Assembly (NCBI GenBank): GCA_012026655.1
Contig: JAAILG010000589.1
Location: 1-64,000 of the forward strand
Length of the DNA stretch: 64,000 bases
Direction of reading: 5' to 3'
From: Hydrolagus affinis
Lineage: Eukaryota
Made by a program: the position numbers and the translations under genes. Below the pieces are notes generated by a model. The model searched no databases, was not told the origin of the DNA, and saw nothing but the letters and a program-made list of their open reading frames with translations. This document shows positions 1 through 13,300 of this stretch, in pieces (positions within the stretch are counted from its first letter, which is position 1; each line of letters starts with the position of its first letter).

Positions 1-114
1 CCGCCACCCCTTGCATACCTGAATATTGTATTCGAGTACTATGAATACAATATGGCGGCTTTGCACCTCGGTCTGTGCATTGTGTATAGAGATGAGTATT
101 CTGGGTCTTGTAGT

Positions 115-247
115 TCAGTGTGCGCGCATTCCGATTTTTTCCCTCGATATATCGACTTTTTCGATATATCAATATTTTTGAAATGTCTATATCGGCGTAT
201 CGATATGAAAATTATATCGGGTTTTAACAATATATCGCCGGACCCTA
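115..247. mobile_element. Second copy of the same hAT MITE family (one end, inverted; may extend past the window edge)
   Basis: Ends in ...atatcgccGGACCCTA at 247; its reverse complement matches 42857-42960 (gatataattttcatatcgata.gccgata). Confidence 0.8.
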
Positions 248-810
248 GTAAACAGCCGAAGGTTCAATTTAAACACCAGTTAAACAGCATTCACTGCATG
301 CATACTGCAGGTTCCCATTCCAAAATCTCACTTGATTTAATACAGTGCCAATTCTCCCTCTTTTTATTTTACTGTTACGATGGTAACTCTGTCTCTTACA
401 GACAGAGTTACTATCTTGAACCAGGGTTGGTGCTGTCATCTTAACTCAAAGTATTATATGGTTGGTGTGTGTGCGTTTTTAAAAAAAATAAAGCAACATT
501 AATTATTAATCGTTAGGTGACGCACCACTCCCGTGGAAAAAGTATTCTTTGAACAAGGCCATCACCCAATAAATGATCAAGCACTTTCTTTTTTTTTGTT
601 ACCTGTAAAAATATATGATGTCAGGCAATGTTCTGCTGCCTTTAGGAAACAGATTGCTATCAGCAGTGAGATTTTCCAGAGTCGATTCGCTCGTAACTCC
701 TGCAAATGAAACCAAACATGAGGGACGCTAAATCTCACACTTGCACGGTGTTTCCTTGCCCCTCCATTTGGTTGCGTTTTTCTCAGTGAACAAGACCATA
801 ATAACATACA

Positions 811-1130
811 TAATCCTTGCATTTGATAATATAGCGCTTTTCATGTCTTCTGGAAGTCTCAAAGCGCTTCACAGAATAGACTGTAAAGTGAATTGACTGT
901 ATATTTGTGGGTGAAACGTGGGAGCCAATTGCACATAGAAATGTCCCACAAACAGTCATGAATTCAAATGGCGAATTTTATCATTGTGGTTTTTTGGGGG
1001 GAGGGATTATTATTAGGCGTAGTGCGTGGAGTAAAGAAACTAGCCCAAGGTTTCACCCTGACCTACCTGGATTCGAATCACAGGTCTCGAGCTGGTAAGG
1101 CGAGCGCTCTAACCACTGAGCTACCGGACT
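811..1130 (-). mobile_element. tRNA-derived SINE with Deu-domain-like core and L2-type tail, near full length
   Basis: Minus strand: A/B-box head (gtagctcagtggttagagc...ttcgaatcc), core related to gactgtttgtgggacactgctgtgcgcaattggctgccgcgtttc, tail gtgaagcgctttgagac...aaatgcaaggatta. Confidence 0.88.
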
Positions 1131-1175
1131 TGTATACCAACTGCGCAAAGGTCAGCCGTTTTCTGCAAGTCTTAC

Positions 1176-1356
1176 CCAGCAACCAATCTGCCAAGTTAAT
1201 GGGATGAGACGACGTGATGGTTCTGAATCCCCTCACGTCTGTGGGTACCAGGATGGATTGGCAGACGTAAGATGAGACGGATACGGTGAAGCCTTCGTAA
1301 GCCTTCGTGATCGCTTCCACTGTCACATTGTCCACACAAGTCGCCATCTTCTTTCC
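1176..1356 (-). CDS. ELAPOR1: ELAPOR1 exon 16
   Basis: acaaag|[12 protein letters not shown]...YVCQSILVP...[12 protein letters not shown]|gtaaga, 181 nt. Confidence 0.93.
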
Positions 1357-4300
1357 CTTTGTTGGGAGAGTGGGGGGTGGGGGGGTAAGGGGGGGAGAAA
1401 GAGGAAATGTATTTGCGCAAGAGACAAAAAATTGACTTTGTTGCAGAAAAGGTACAAACCAGAGACCCTTCTGTGTTCAGTGCTTTCCGCTGACCTTACC
1501 TGGGGTCCGCAAAGGCCAATGTTGAAGTACTGGAAATATTTCACTCCTTTCGAGGTGAACCGGGCGGCACTCGTGATCGAAGCGTTGCTCAGAAGGCTGA
1601 AATCGTACTGTAAGGTCCTGGTCCCTTGGTGTTGAGCAAACCTGCAGTCATTGTAGCAAAGAGTGTGGTTCTGCAGAAAGCAACGGGAACACATTGGACA
1701 CGGGCGTAGATATTTCGCCCGCAGAATAAACAGTCAATGCGCTTTACACTGAAGCCTGTGAGGCGCTTTGAGACGTCTCAACGGCGTGATAAGGCGCTAC
1801 ACCAAATAAGGGGATTATTAATATTGTTATTTATCCCGCATTAATAACAACCCCCGCATTTGACTTTCATTCACATATAATAATGATACAATAATAATCC
1901 TTGCATTTGATGTAGTGCTTTTCACATCTTATCTCAAAGGGCTTAAATATCTCCAAGTTCCTCACGTCACAGTGGGGCACTCTGAGGTGCGACGTTTAAA
2001 TTGAACATATGATCATACAAGTCACTATGATCGGTGCCAGAAACACCCCACAGACAACAACGGGATTAATCTGTGGATTTTTGTGGGGGTGGGGGTGGGG
2101 GAAGGCGAGCGAGAAATATTTGCCACTGTTACCTCTCCTCCCAACCTATCCTCCCGCCCCACCTCAATCCGTGCTTAAAATAAAGCAAAAAGCACTGTGC
2201 AGTTATGCAGCGCTCTCACACGGGACAGCGCCCCAGAGCGCTTCGGAGTGGCGGAGCACGACACCGAGCCATGGGGGAGGGGGAGGTGGACGTAGGAGGC
2301 ACGGTCAAAGAGGAAGGTCTTTGGCCTTGACCTGAAGATGGGGATGGAAGGTGGCAAGGTGGAGGGACAGAGGGAGAGCGTGTCCCGGAGAACAAGCATT
2401 ACCACGTTGCTTTGGGTGCCAGGTCCACATGGAACGCAGGATTCCCTTCCGTAATAGTGATGAGCTTTGAGGAAGGTGTTCGGTGGACACTCCCGGCACT
2501 TGCTGGAGGCCTTGTCGATATAATGTCCGAGCGGGCAGGCCACGCAGGCCGACCCCGAGGCTGTGTCCCCCAGGGCGCACGGCCGACAGTACGAGGAGAC
2601 GCCATCCCTCACGTTGGTCACGTTGATGGAGTAGATTCGGGCAACGTCCGTCGAGTAACTTTGGCTCTGAAATAAACGCTAGAACCTAAATATATACATG
2701 TGTACACATTTTATTATAATACAATTCTAAAGTCTGTACCACTAGGGCGGTGGGGTGGGGTGGAGGGGTGGAGGGGTGGAGGGGTGGAGAGTCCATAGCC
2801 AGGGGACACCAAGTGTAAAATAGCAACCAGCGGATTCAGAAGTCAATTTAGGGACCACTTCACCCAGAGGCTGGTGAGAATGTGGAACCGCTGCCTAAAG
2901 AGGTGGTTGAATCAGATAGATATGTAGATGCATTCAAGAGGAAGCTAGACTTCTGCGCGAGGGCAAGGTGAATAGAAGGATATCGGAGGAATGGGTTAAG
3001 ACTTGTGTAGTGTATAAACACATGCAAGGACTGGATGGGCCGAGTGGCTGGTTGACTCGCTGTGCTTTGTTTGGAAAGCCTTGTAAGCCATGCCAACATC
3101 AATGAAGGACAGATCACCTGAAGTCGTTTTTTCAGACCCAAAAATCGACCCTTGCATACTTTCCCAAAATACACAGTCAATTCAGCGTAATCATTGGCGG
3201 GCGAGCCTTCAGCCACTCCGCCCCCAACCTCTGGAATTCCATCCAGCAATCCCTCCGCCTCGCCCCCTCCCTGGCCTCCTTCAAGTCCCACCTCAAAACC
3301 CTCCACTCTCCCTGATTCCAACCCCAGCTCGGGTCTGAAACACTTGACAGTCCAGTGCCCTTGGGACGTCCTCCCGGCGTGAAAAGCACTGTGCAAATAT
3401 TATTTTGTTGCTGTCTCGAAGACAAGAAGGAGAAAGGGTACCTTGAAAGACCCTACCTGGTCTAAGGACGTGCGCTGAAACGCCCACACAAAAGCCAGGG
3501 ACGAGTGATTCTCAATGACGTATGTGTAGGATTGCTTCCCTTGGATGCCTGACCAGATCTCCACAGTTCTTGCAGTCGCTCTGCTCATGCCCTGAAACAG
3601 TGATTTTTAAACATCTTTTGAAAATAAAAAATCATTTGGATCGTTTTGTATTATTTTATTACTTTATTTGTATTATCTTAGGCGAGTTAATTTACTGCAA
3701 AGGCTTCTGTTCATCTATCAGTAAGTGGGGTCGTGGCTGTTAGTCGATTGTCGGTCACATAACATCAGCAGCTCTCTCTCCTTTGAGTCAGAAGGTCATG
3801 GGTTCAAGTCTCACGTAAGGACTTGGAAAATACACGGTCAACCTACTTTCTACTATATCCCTGTGAAACACTTTGAGACAATTCAACGACATGATAAGCC
3901 GCTATATCAAATGCAGGTATGATTCATGAATTTATTATTATTTGTAACAAAAAAAAGCCTCTTTTTTAAGTGGTTCCCTTTCGATCACCTTCCCCTGTAC
4001 GCCCACCTCGCCCAATCTTTGGGTGCCCAACCAACTGCCCACAGAGCTTTGAGACACCCTCCGGATGTGAAGGACGCTAAATGAATTGTACTGTACGCCA
4101 TATTAACCTTCAAATATACCCTTTTGTTTACCGCTTCTGCAGGGTAATGACACCAATCCAAATCGCTGGCTGATGTCGTTTCATCGTCAGTGAAATAGCG
4201 TTATAAAAACACACTGGAATGACATCTATAACCCGCCTGGCAGCTCCCAAATAAAGCTCGAGAGAGAGAGAGAGAGAGAGAGACAGCTTCTCATCACTGC

Positions 4301-7300
4301 CTCAGAACACAACACTGGAATTCTACCTCAACCGCTCACATCCTCCAAGATCTCAACCTTCTCTCCCATCGTCTCTCCTGTATTCTTCCCTTCCAGCTCA
4401 ATTTGTACTTTTTCTCCAAACACACACACACACCCTCTCTCTATGCTGTATTGATAGAGAATGAATAGCTTGAATCCACACAAAGGATTCTGGCCGCTTT
4501 CCATAGCACACACTGCCTTCTCTGCCCGAAAACATTCCTCGCCTGTTACGTTCAATCTAAGCAATTGAAACGCGATTAAAACTCTACAAAGGGACACTGT
4601 AGGAGCTGTTTGTGGAGCGTGATTTAAACTGCGCCGATGGAACAGGGCGAACGATCAACGCAACTCACTTGTGAGTTACGAGATCACGCCAGCAGTATAT
4701 AATCCTGATAATAGTCCTTGCTTTCGATATAGCGCCGTATCGCGTCTTCGCTTCGTCTCAAAGCGATTCACAGAATGTCCTGTAAAGTGAAGTATATTTC
4801 ACTTTCAAGTATGTTTTTTATCTCAAAACCGCGGCACAGTGAAAACCACACACACTATCTATCCTCTCTATCTCACAGAGTTACGAGTGGTGGAACGCTA
4901 CTTCATTATTGAATCGCAGGTCCTGAATGAAGTCAAATTTTAACCTGCTCCACCAACCCCCTCCCATTCGACCCTCAACCCAACCGCCCCCCCCACCCCA
5001 CATCCTCCCACCCACGGTTCGTACTTTCTAACGAGCCTCCCGCGCGTTCCGAGATTGGCGTCCAGCGCAGGAATAAATCAACGGAGCTCACTCACCACCA
5101 TGAAATACAGCTCGCAGGCCGCCGAGCAGACGGTCTCAAAGACAAAGGTGATCCGTGCGATCTCTGCGTTCTCCGTGTCATTTGCCACCCAGTCTGGAGC
5201 CCTGTGCGACACCATGGATTACAGGAGGAAAAGAATGGAATTTTACACGAATGAACGTGATGCAGGAAAACAGGAAGATTAGACCACGAAGAGAACAACA
5301 GCAACTGAAACTTATTTAGCAGCTGATCGTTTCTTCACAATGACCCCCCCCCCCGACCTTGATGTGTCAAACCGCTCACACAACTCGAACACAGTGACCG
5401 CGCGCATGTAAATATACGTTTATAATAAATTAATAATCCTTGCATTTGATATATTCACAGAATATGTTGTAAAGTGAATTGACTGTATATTTGTGGGCAA
5501 AACATGGCAGCCAATTGCGCACAGCAGTGTCCCCACAAACAGTCGTGGATTGAAATAATCAAATTATTATTGTTTTATATCGAGAGATTATTATTAGGTG
5601 TGTGGAGTAAGGAAATTTGCCCAGAGTTTCGTCCTGCCGGGAATTGAACCCAGATCACTCACTTGGAAGACCACGAGTGCTCTCACCACAGAGCTACAGG
5701 ATTCTACAACTGCGTGAGTAAGAAAAAGATAGAGAAATCTGTACATTTTTTACAAAATGACATAGAAAGTAAATGAAATATTTTCGCACAGCGCCCTATT
5801 GTTTAAGAATTCATGTTTTTTTTTCTCGAAATGAAACAGACTTCACTGATGTCTGAAAGTCGAAGGAAACAAAAAGGTACGTCAAAGGTGCTGCAACCGA
5901 AACTTAGAAGTTGATTAATTTATCAGAAACACTTGTTAACATCAGGGTGTCAGGGCAGCTGTGTTGGATCAATGAACTGAACTGACATTCGCATTCGCTC
6001 GGAAGGGCAAGGGTTCAATATTCTTAAACACAAATCGTGTCGAGTTGAAAATGTTCCCTTGACTGATTAGCACTGCTCAAGTGCGCAGCCTGGTGGGATA
6101 ACGGGGCTACAGCACTCAGTGTGTTTGTTGGTGCCTTCCAGAGTTCTGTATTTGTTCCGTATTTGTTCAGGTTCAAGTTGGCGCTCTCGTATTTCGCGGC
6201 TTGATTCTTACCTGAACCCAGGAACGGTCAGTATCAGCATCAAGAAGTCGTTGTCGTTTCTCCCGACCGCACTCTGTACGTGATCTCCGGCCACCTCCCA
6301 CCCTGAAACAGAACGCTTCAATAGTATTCCCCGCGCTTGCTGATGGCGAAGATGTACGTCTCAAGCCACAGCAATAGCAACCTGGGTTTACATAGCACAT
6401 CAAAGCGCTTGGCTGGGCACCCAAACTTGAAATCACAATTTATTATTGTGTTTTTTTTAAGAGATTATTATTAGGCATATGGAGTAAGGAAACTTGCCCG
6501 AGTTTTCGCCCTGATCTGCCTGGATTCGATGCTTGTTAGGCGAGTGCTCTAACCACTGAGCCACAGGACTCCACTTGAAAGGATTAGTGGAGGTACAGAT
6601 CAGACATGATCTAATTAAATGGCAGAACAGACTCGAAGGGCTGGATGGCACACTCCTGCCCCTACATCCTTATGCTTCGGGGGAAGGAAGTGAGTGGGTA
6701 GGGGAAAGCTGATCGATCAGAACATAACCGATCATATCGCGCACACCTTTTATTTCTTGGCAATCTTCGTCGATCCCATTGAAACACGCAATGTCCATGT
6801 TTTTTGGCAAACTATTCCACCACCTGTATTCAAATCCCAGCACCGGTTCAGTTCCGATGGCACACTTGTTGCACTCTGAGTAGCAAAATAAATGCGGAAC
6901 AGATAATCAAGCAGCTTAATTTCATCAGTCACTCACTCCTTTCTTCCAACGCTGAAAGCTTAGCAAGAACTGGCCATTGCACAATTTCCTATGCACGTCT
7001 GGTCAGTCCGCTCCACTTTCTGGGCAAGTCCAAAAAGTCAATTTAACAGGAGGACCTCACAATACAGTACATTCGGCGAAGATCTTGGAGACATCTCAAC
7101 GTCATGGTAAAGTCAATAGCAAACATTACTATGATTTTTAATTATTATTATAATTAGGTCATCGCTTCCTATCAATAAATATCTCAATCAGTCAAAGGAA
7201 TCAGTCTTACAGGAAAGCTCTCTTTGCAATGGTCCCCATAACAATGATTATAATAATAATAATAGTAATCTTTGCATTCAATATAGTGCTTGTGGTGGGA

Positions 7301-10300
7301 GAAACGCGATAGCCAATTGCGCACAGCAGCGTCCCACAAACAGTCGTGGATTGAAGTGACCAATTTATTATTGTTTTTCTCTTCTTTGAGGGTTTATCAG
7401 CAGGTGTGTGGAGCAAGGAAACTTGCACAAGGTCCTTCACCCTGCCCGGAATCGAACCCAAGTCTCTCACTGTCGAACCACTGAGCTACAGGACTGCACG
7501 TGTTGAATTGCATCTCTGTGACAAGCTCCTTCGATACGTTATCAGTTATTAACGGCAATCAGCTTCAGCCGTTACGTTTTGACTTCATTTGCACCTCAGA
7601 CCAGGTGGCTAATTGCACCATCGACTGCATCCCTTTCCGGACACCCTGTGATGCCCTATTCTACCACTTCTGGGAACAGCCTTCGCAGCTCCGCGACTGA
7701 CCCTTACCAAGAAACCGGCTGCACAGTAATCTTACCAATAGATCCATCGGAGTAGAAGCCGTAAGGGCAAGGCTCACAGCCGGTCCCATTAGCTTTGAAG
7801 AATCCTGGGTTACAAGGTCGGCAAGGCTCCTTGGTCCCCGACGGAGGGAGCTTCACGGCCCCTTCGCCATCTTCACGACAGAGTTTGGGCTCGATCCACT
7901 TGTACATGATTTGCGTCTGAAAAGTCCAAACGGCAGGGAGCAAGACTTATATAATGACAAAAACATACGATGCTCGCATATAATAATCCTTGCATTTGAT
8001 ATAGCGCTTTTCACCTTTTCTAGACGTCTCAAAGCGCTTCACAGGATAGGCTGTGAAGCGAATTGACTGTATATTTGTGGGCCATGCGCGGCAGCCAATT
8101 GCGCACAGCAGTGTCCCCACAAACAGTCGTAGATTGAAGCGATCAAATTATTATTGTTTCTTTTCTTAAGGGATGATTACCAGGCGCAAGAGTAAGTGGA
8201 GGAAGGAAACTTGCTCAAGGTTTCGCCCTGCTCTCTCGCTGGCAAGGCAAGGCCCGATTCAATGAGCCATAGAACTCCACATCTGAAATCGCATGTGATA
8301 TTAACATGGAGGGTAAGAGTGGGGAGGTGGGATGGGTAAGAAAGTGGCCGAAAGCACGATCAAAGAGGGAAGTAAATTCTTAAATTTATTAAGTACAAAG
8401 TAATTTCTATTTAAGAGGGAATAATGAATGCAGCTATTGAAGCCGATGTTACCTTGCCACTGCTGTCACATGGTGTGTGGGTATTGAAATAGTCCTTGGC
8501 TGAGCATGGCTGACGTTTCTTGCAGGATCCTGAGCCGGTCTCTGTTTACAGATCATCACAAAAGAAGAGGACACACTGTGTATCAACGCTTCCGTTGATA
8601 ATAATAATCCTTGTATTTAATATAGCGCTTTTCACGTCTTCTAAATGTCTCAAAGCCCTTCACGGAATACGCTGTGAAATGAATTGACTGTATGTATATC
8701 TGGGCGAAACGCAGCAGATAATTGCGCACAGCATTGTCCCACAATCAGTCATGGATTGAAATACCAAATTATTCTTTAGTTTTTCGAAGGGATTATTACC
8801 CCCGAAAAAGCAATCCGCAACCGGCTTCCGACTCACTGCTAGCTAAACTGAGAGGTGCGTGGAGTCAGGAAACCTGCCTGACATTTTACGCCTAAGCAAC
8901 ATTTATTATCCTTTCTTTGTTGTTTTTTTCGGAGGGATGATTATTCCGTTAAGCGTAGCAAGCGAACAAAACAAATCACCCTAAAAAAAATAATAAATTC
9001 TCCTCCTCTTGATTGCTGGCGTGTCTGTTTGTCGAGCTAACCTGAATATGAATCGTTGTTGCACGTTTGGCAGAACGTGGCTCCTCTAGGAGAATATGTG
9101 TTCCTCAGGCAAAGCTCGCAGCGTGAGGATCCCGGTTTGCTGTTGTAGCTTCCTGGTTTGCAAGGGAAGCACTCGGATGTATAGGCCACCCCTTGAGAAC
9201 AAGCGACAGTGATGGGGGTGGGGGGAGAAAAGGCGAACCGATTACACAGGAAGGCAACGCGAGGAAAGAATTTGGCTTGACGAGTTCAAAGTCCGTTTTC
9301 TTTCGCTCTCCCCCACCGTCCCTCACCCCCCCCACCCACCCACAAAATCCGCCACTTGCCTGTGATGAAAATGTTTTTGATGCAGGCTGGCTTCAACGCC
9401 GTTTTGCCCAGTGGGAATCCTGTCGTCCTCCAGTACAAGACGTTGTTGCCACGATTCAGGTGGACCTCGTAAGAGAAAGGAAACGCGTTAGAAAATCAGG
9501 TTAAAAAATACAGGAGCTTGAAGATACAATCTCTTGAAGATACAAGCTTTTCAAGCGCTCTCTTCTGTTGATTTGGCTTCAAGGTCAGTCAACAAGTCAG
9601 AACCCAAGACACAAAGGTAACGGTTGACGGACTTATTTGGCTTATTAGTGAGGCCTGGAGGCGTAGACAACCATGCAAAATACAACAGCCATAAAGCACA
9701 AGAGATACGCAGACACTAAAGAGAGTGAAAACTTACTGAAATTGTTTTCCAATCATTCCTCTCGGTTCTTCTTATACCTTGTGATGTGGAGTCCATAGCT
9801 TGGCACTGATCATTCTGAACCTGGGGGAAACAGACAGTAGCATTTAGCCACTGGTTTGCACGAGAGAACTTGGGTCGACTGATTTCCATGCTCTTTAACA
9901 GTGATTTTTATTTCACCCAAAATATACGTTGCGATACATTCAGAAGGACAGTCGAGGCTAAACATTTAGCACCAGTTATGACCTCATGACATCAATGACA
10001 TTGGGAGCTAGCGCACAGCTCTGGATGGTCTCCTAACAAAATAAAGGGGTCTAAGCGGGAAATGGAGGTGATTGACCTGTGCAGATTCTGCACCGAAAGG
10101 ATGTTGCATTGGAACCCGTTTCCTCCAAGTTGATGCAACGTCCATTAAGGAATCCTGTTGGAACTTTTCAGGATTTATTCCCCTTTGACCATCTTACACC
10201 TGCTGCCCCCCCCCACCCCCCCCCACTGCCCCGCCCCTTGGCTCAGTGTCACGCTCTTCCAGTGTCAAGAGCTCTGAGACGCTGCCCTGCGTGAGAGGGC

Positions 10301-13300
10301 GTGGCACAAAGGCAAGTTGTTGTCGCTGTACTTACAAAGAACTCGAAAAATATGTCGGTGTCGGGATACAGGTATTGAAACGAGACGGTGCCCGGCTGTT
10401 TCAGGTACACGGAATACATCAGGGTCGCTCTGCACTCGTCCACGTTGGACGCGATGAAATCGGTTTGAAGGGTCCACTTAGACCTGGTCAGATCACATAG
10501 AAGAAAAAAAACGTCCTAGATCATGGTGTTCCCACTGGCGATTTCATCCTGCACCCACCCCCCCCACCCACCCCCCCACCCACCCGCCCACCCCAACCCA
10601 GGCCCCTCCCCCCATTTCAACCGGAGTACCCACTCCCATCATAACCCATAAATGTAATGTCTTGTTGTTGGAAGGGAAAGACAAAACTATTGCTTCTGCG
10701 GCCCGCAGAAGCAATAAATGGGGTATGGAATCGCCTGAACTCTCGTGATCTTAAGAATCTGCCCATGAGGAAACTGAGAGCGGCCGTTTAATATTTTACA
10801 GGTAAAAAAAAATCAAATCACTTGCTAATTTTGACTAACCGCTTCATTATGTGGTTCTCAATTTTTTTTGGGGGGGCTTACAGTGCACAGAGACACCATC
10901 CTCGTGTGAAGGGCGCTGTACATAAGTGCAAGTTGTTCTTGTTGCTATTGCTTGCCAAGACACGTTAAAGTCAGCCAGAAGATCTCCTTTATAGACTGTA
11001 TTGGATGTGGACTTCTGGAACATCACGGTTGTTGTCATCTCACAAGCTTTCTTCGATCGAGACTTCGTGCTAAGGGCTTTCTACAAAACCCTCAGCACCG
11101 TACTTACATGGTACAGTTCTCAGACGCCTCAGTAAATTCCTCTGACATTTCTTGAGCTGTGGCTGTGTTGACGAACCCCATTGGCAGCTTGTCCCACTGA
11201 CTGAATTCGACGCCGGTCCCCAGGGAGTAAGTCCCAGCGATACACTCTTTGCACGACTGGTTCTTCATGTCCAGGAACTGCCCAGCTCCACAGGAAAAGG
11301 CTACAGGTCAAATCAACCGAAATAAGCACAAGAGGCATTTAGAACATTTAGAACCTGATAAGCTCCCAAATGATTATTCAGCTACTTGTCGGAAAAATCT
11401 ACTGTCCAGATTTTCTTCCCGAAGATACAATCTGGCATTTTTTTTAGCGTTTGTAAAATTAGAACCCACCCACCCATGGAGCTTTTTTCGCATTATGTTT
11501 CATTATAGAGCGTGGCTCCTTTTTGTCTTCCGCAAACTATAATCGCTGTCAGGGAGCGAGTGGCACAATAAAGAATTATATCTGGATAAACACACCCAGG
11601 AATCAACAAAAATTCACAAAGGTTGATGAGGAGGAAGTGGGCCCTTTGGTCTATCTGATCTCATCCCACCAGAACACTTCGCCCTACCACTGTCCCATCA
11701 CAGCATCAAGCTGCTTTTGTTTTCATTGGGTCCACTGTACTAGCTAGCACCCCCAAGCGCAGAGAATTGCTGTGCGCAATTGGCTGCCGAGTTTGGCCCA
11801 CAGAATATACAGTCACCCTACTTTACAGTTTAAACTAACAGCGTGTCATTGAGAACTCTTGTAGCTCGCGATTAATGTTGCAGTAGTAAAACTGTCCTCA
11901 TGTTTGACTAGTGTTTTTCTTAAACACAAATGAGACAGCTGAAATCTTGCAGAACCAGTTAGCCCGTGAGTGCAGGTGCTTCTGTGGAACTGCCAGAGAT
12001 ATCGGGGGCGTTAATGCTTTAACAGAGAAAGACTTGTTGCTTGGCTCATTGTAGCTTGTCAGCAAATCCAGCATCAAAGAGGCTACACCACCAAGTGAAC
12101 TCAGCAATAACTTTTTATGATCAACTGTAACCGGACTACGGTGGCAAACACAATTGCCTGTGTCCGTACAAGCCATCCACGATGCAAACAGTCCCCTAAT
12201 GCATTGGGAGCCAGATGGCCGCAGCGAGTTATCGGTTAAGCGCACAAATGTCCAAGTAGAATTCGAATAGGAGTGGCTCACAGCATTGTCTGCCTTTGAC
12301 GGGATCTGGCAGTCCAGTGCAGGTCCCTGGCTGGTGGGGCACGGCTACTCTCCAACGGGCACCAAGGTTGTCACACTCCGTGTACTCATAATAGTAGTCC
12401 GACTGAAAGAAATCAGAAACATTCCGCGTTGTAATAATCATACCAACCCTTGCCTTTGACCAAGCGCCTTACCATCCATGTCTTTGAGATGCCTCAAAGC
12501 GGATCACAGAATAGACTGTCATCAAGCGAATGTTTCCGTAGGTGAAATGGAACTGGCTGAAGGCCTTATTCATCCTAATCTCTCTGGTGAGTCAATTGCC
12601 AGAAGGGGACAGAAAGACAAAGGGAACGTTGGTGTATGGGAGAGGAGATTAGGAGGGGAGGAGTAGGCAGGGACAGGTAGGGACTTTTTGGACCCCAAGT
12701 CCCTCTTCCTTGCTGAATTACACCTTCTGTATAATTCTCTACCCAAAGTGAGTTGCAAATTGCTTTAGATCTTGTTCCGTTGGGGACAGGGTGGAGACCA
12801 AACATCACTTCTAATTTCAGTTTTTAACCAGACCGCTGCTCTGAACAGGTTTGCAATCATACCTGAGACTGGATTAACTGATTACATGTACTTTGTGCAT
12901 GCCTTTCAGGATTTTAATGACCTGCTTTACACCCTCATGAGCCCTCCGTGCCTTAACCTTTGCCCAAAGGCTCAGCCAACTGCGAAAACTCTCAATCTTT
13001 CTCTTCAGTAAAGACAAGTTACATTCTTTGTACATCTCATCATTATTTTGAGCATTACGACGGGAGGTCCGACCAAAACCCGATTATTCTTCTCTGAACT
13101 CTCTGCCTAAACCTTGCATTGGATGGCAGCGTGGAGGGCCTTACCAGGTCGTTGAGACGTTTCAAAACACTTTGCAAGATTTACTGTTAAATTTTAGTGA
13201 CTGTATTTTACCAGACAATGGAAAGAGTTGGAATCTGCCCGCTCACTAACCATCAACAACCACAACAACTTGCATTTTTATAGCGCCCTCCATGCCAGTT

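Noticed and set aside
1-1175. Search for ELAPOR1 exon 17; ORF 39..230 (KPDIIFIS) looked slightly similar
   Set aside because: That ORF lies in the hAT MITE, and no properly flanked exon was found; exon 17 is presumably outside the window.
2860-3425. Longest ORFs in the track (178 aa and overlapping)
   Set aside because: Antisense or off-frame readings of L2 and CR1 fragments in an ELAPOR1 intron.
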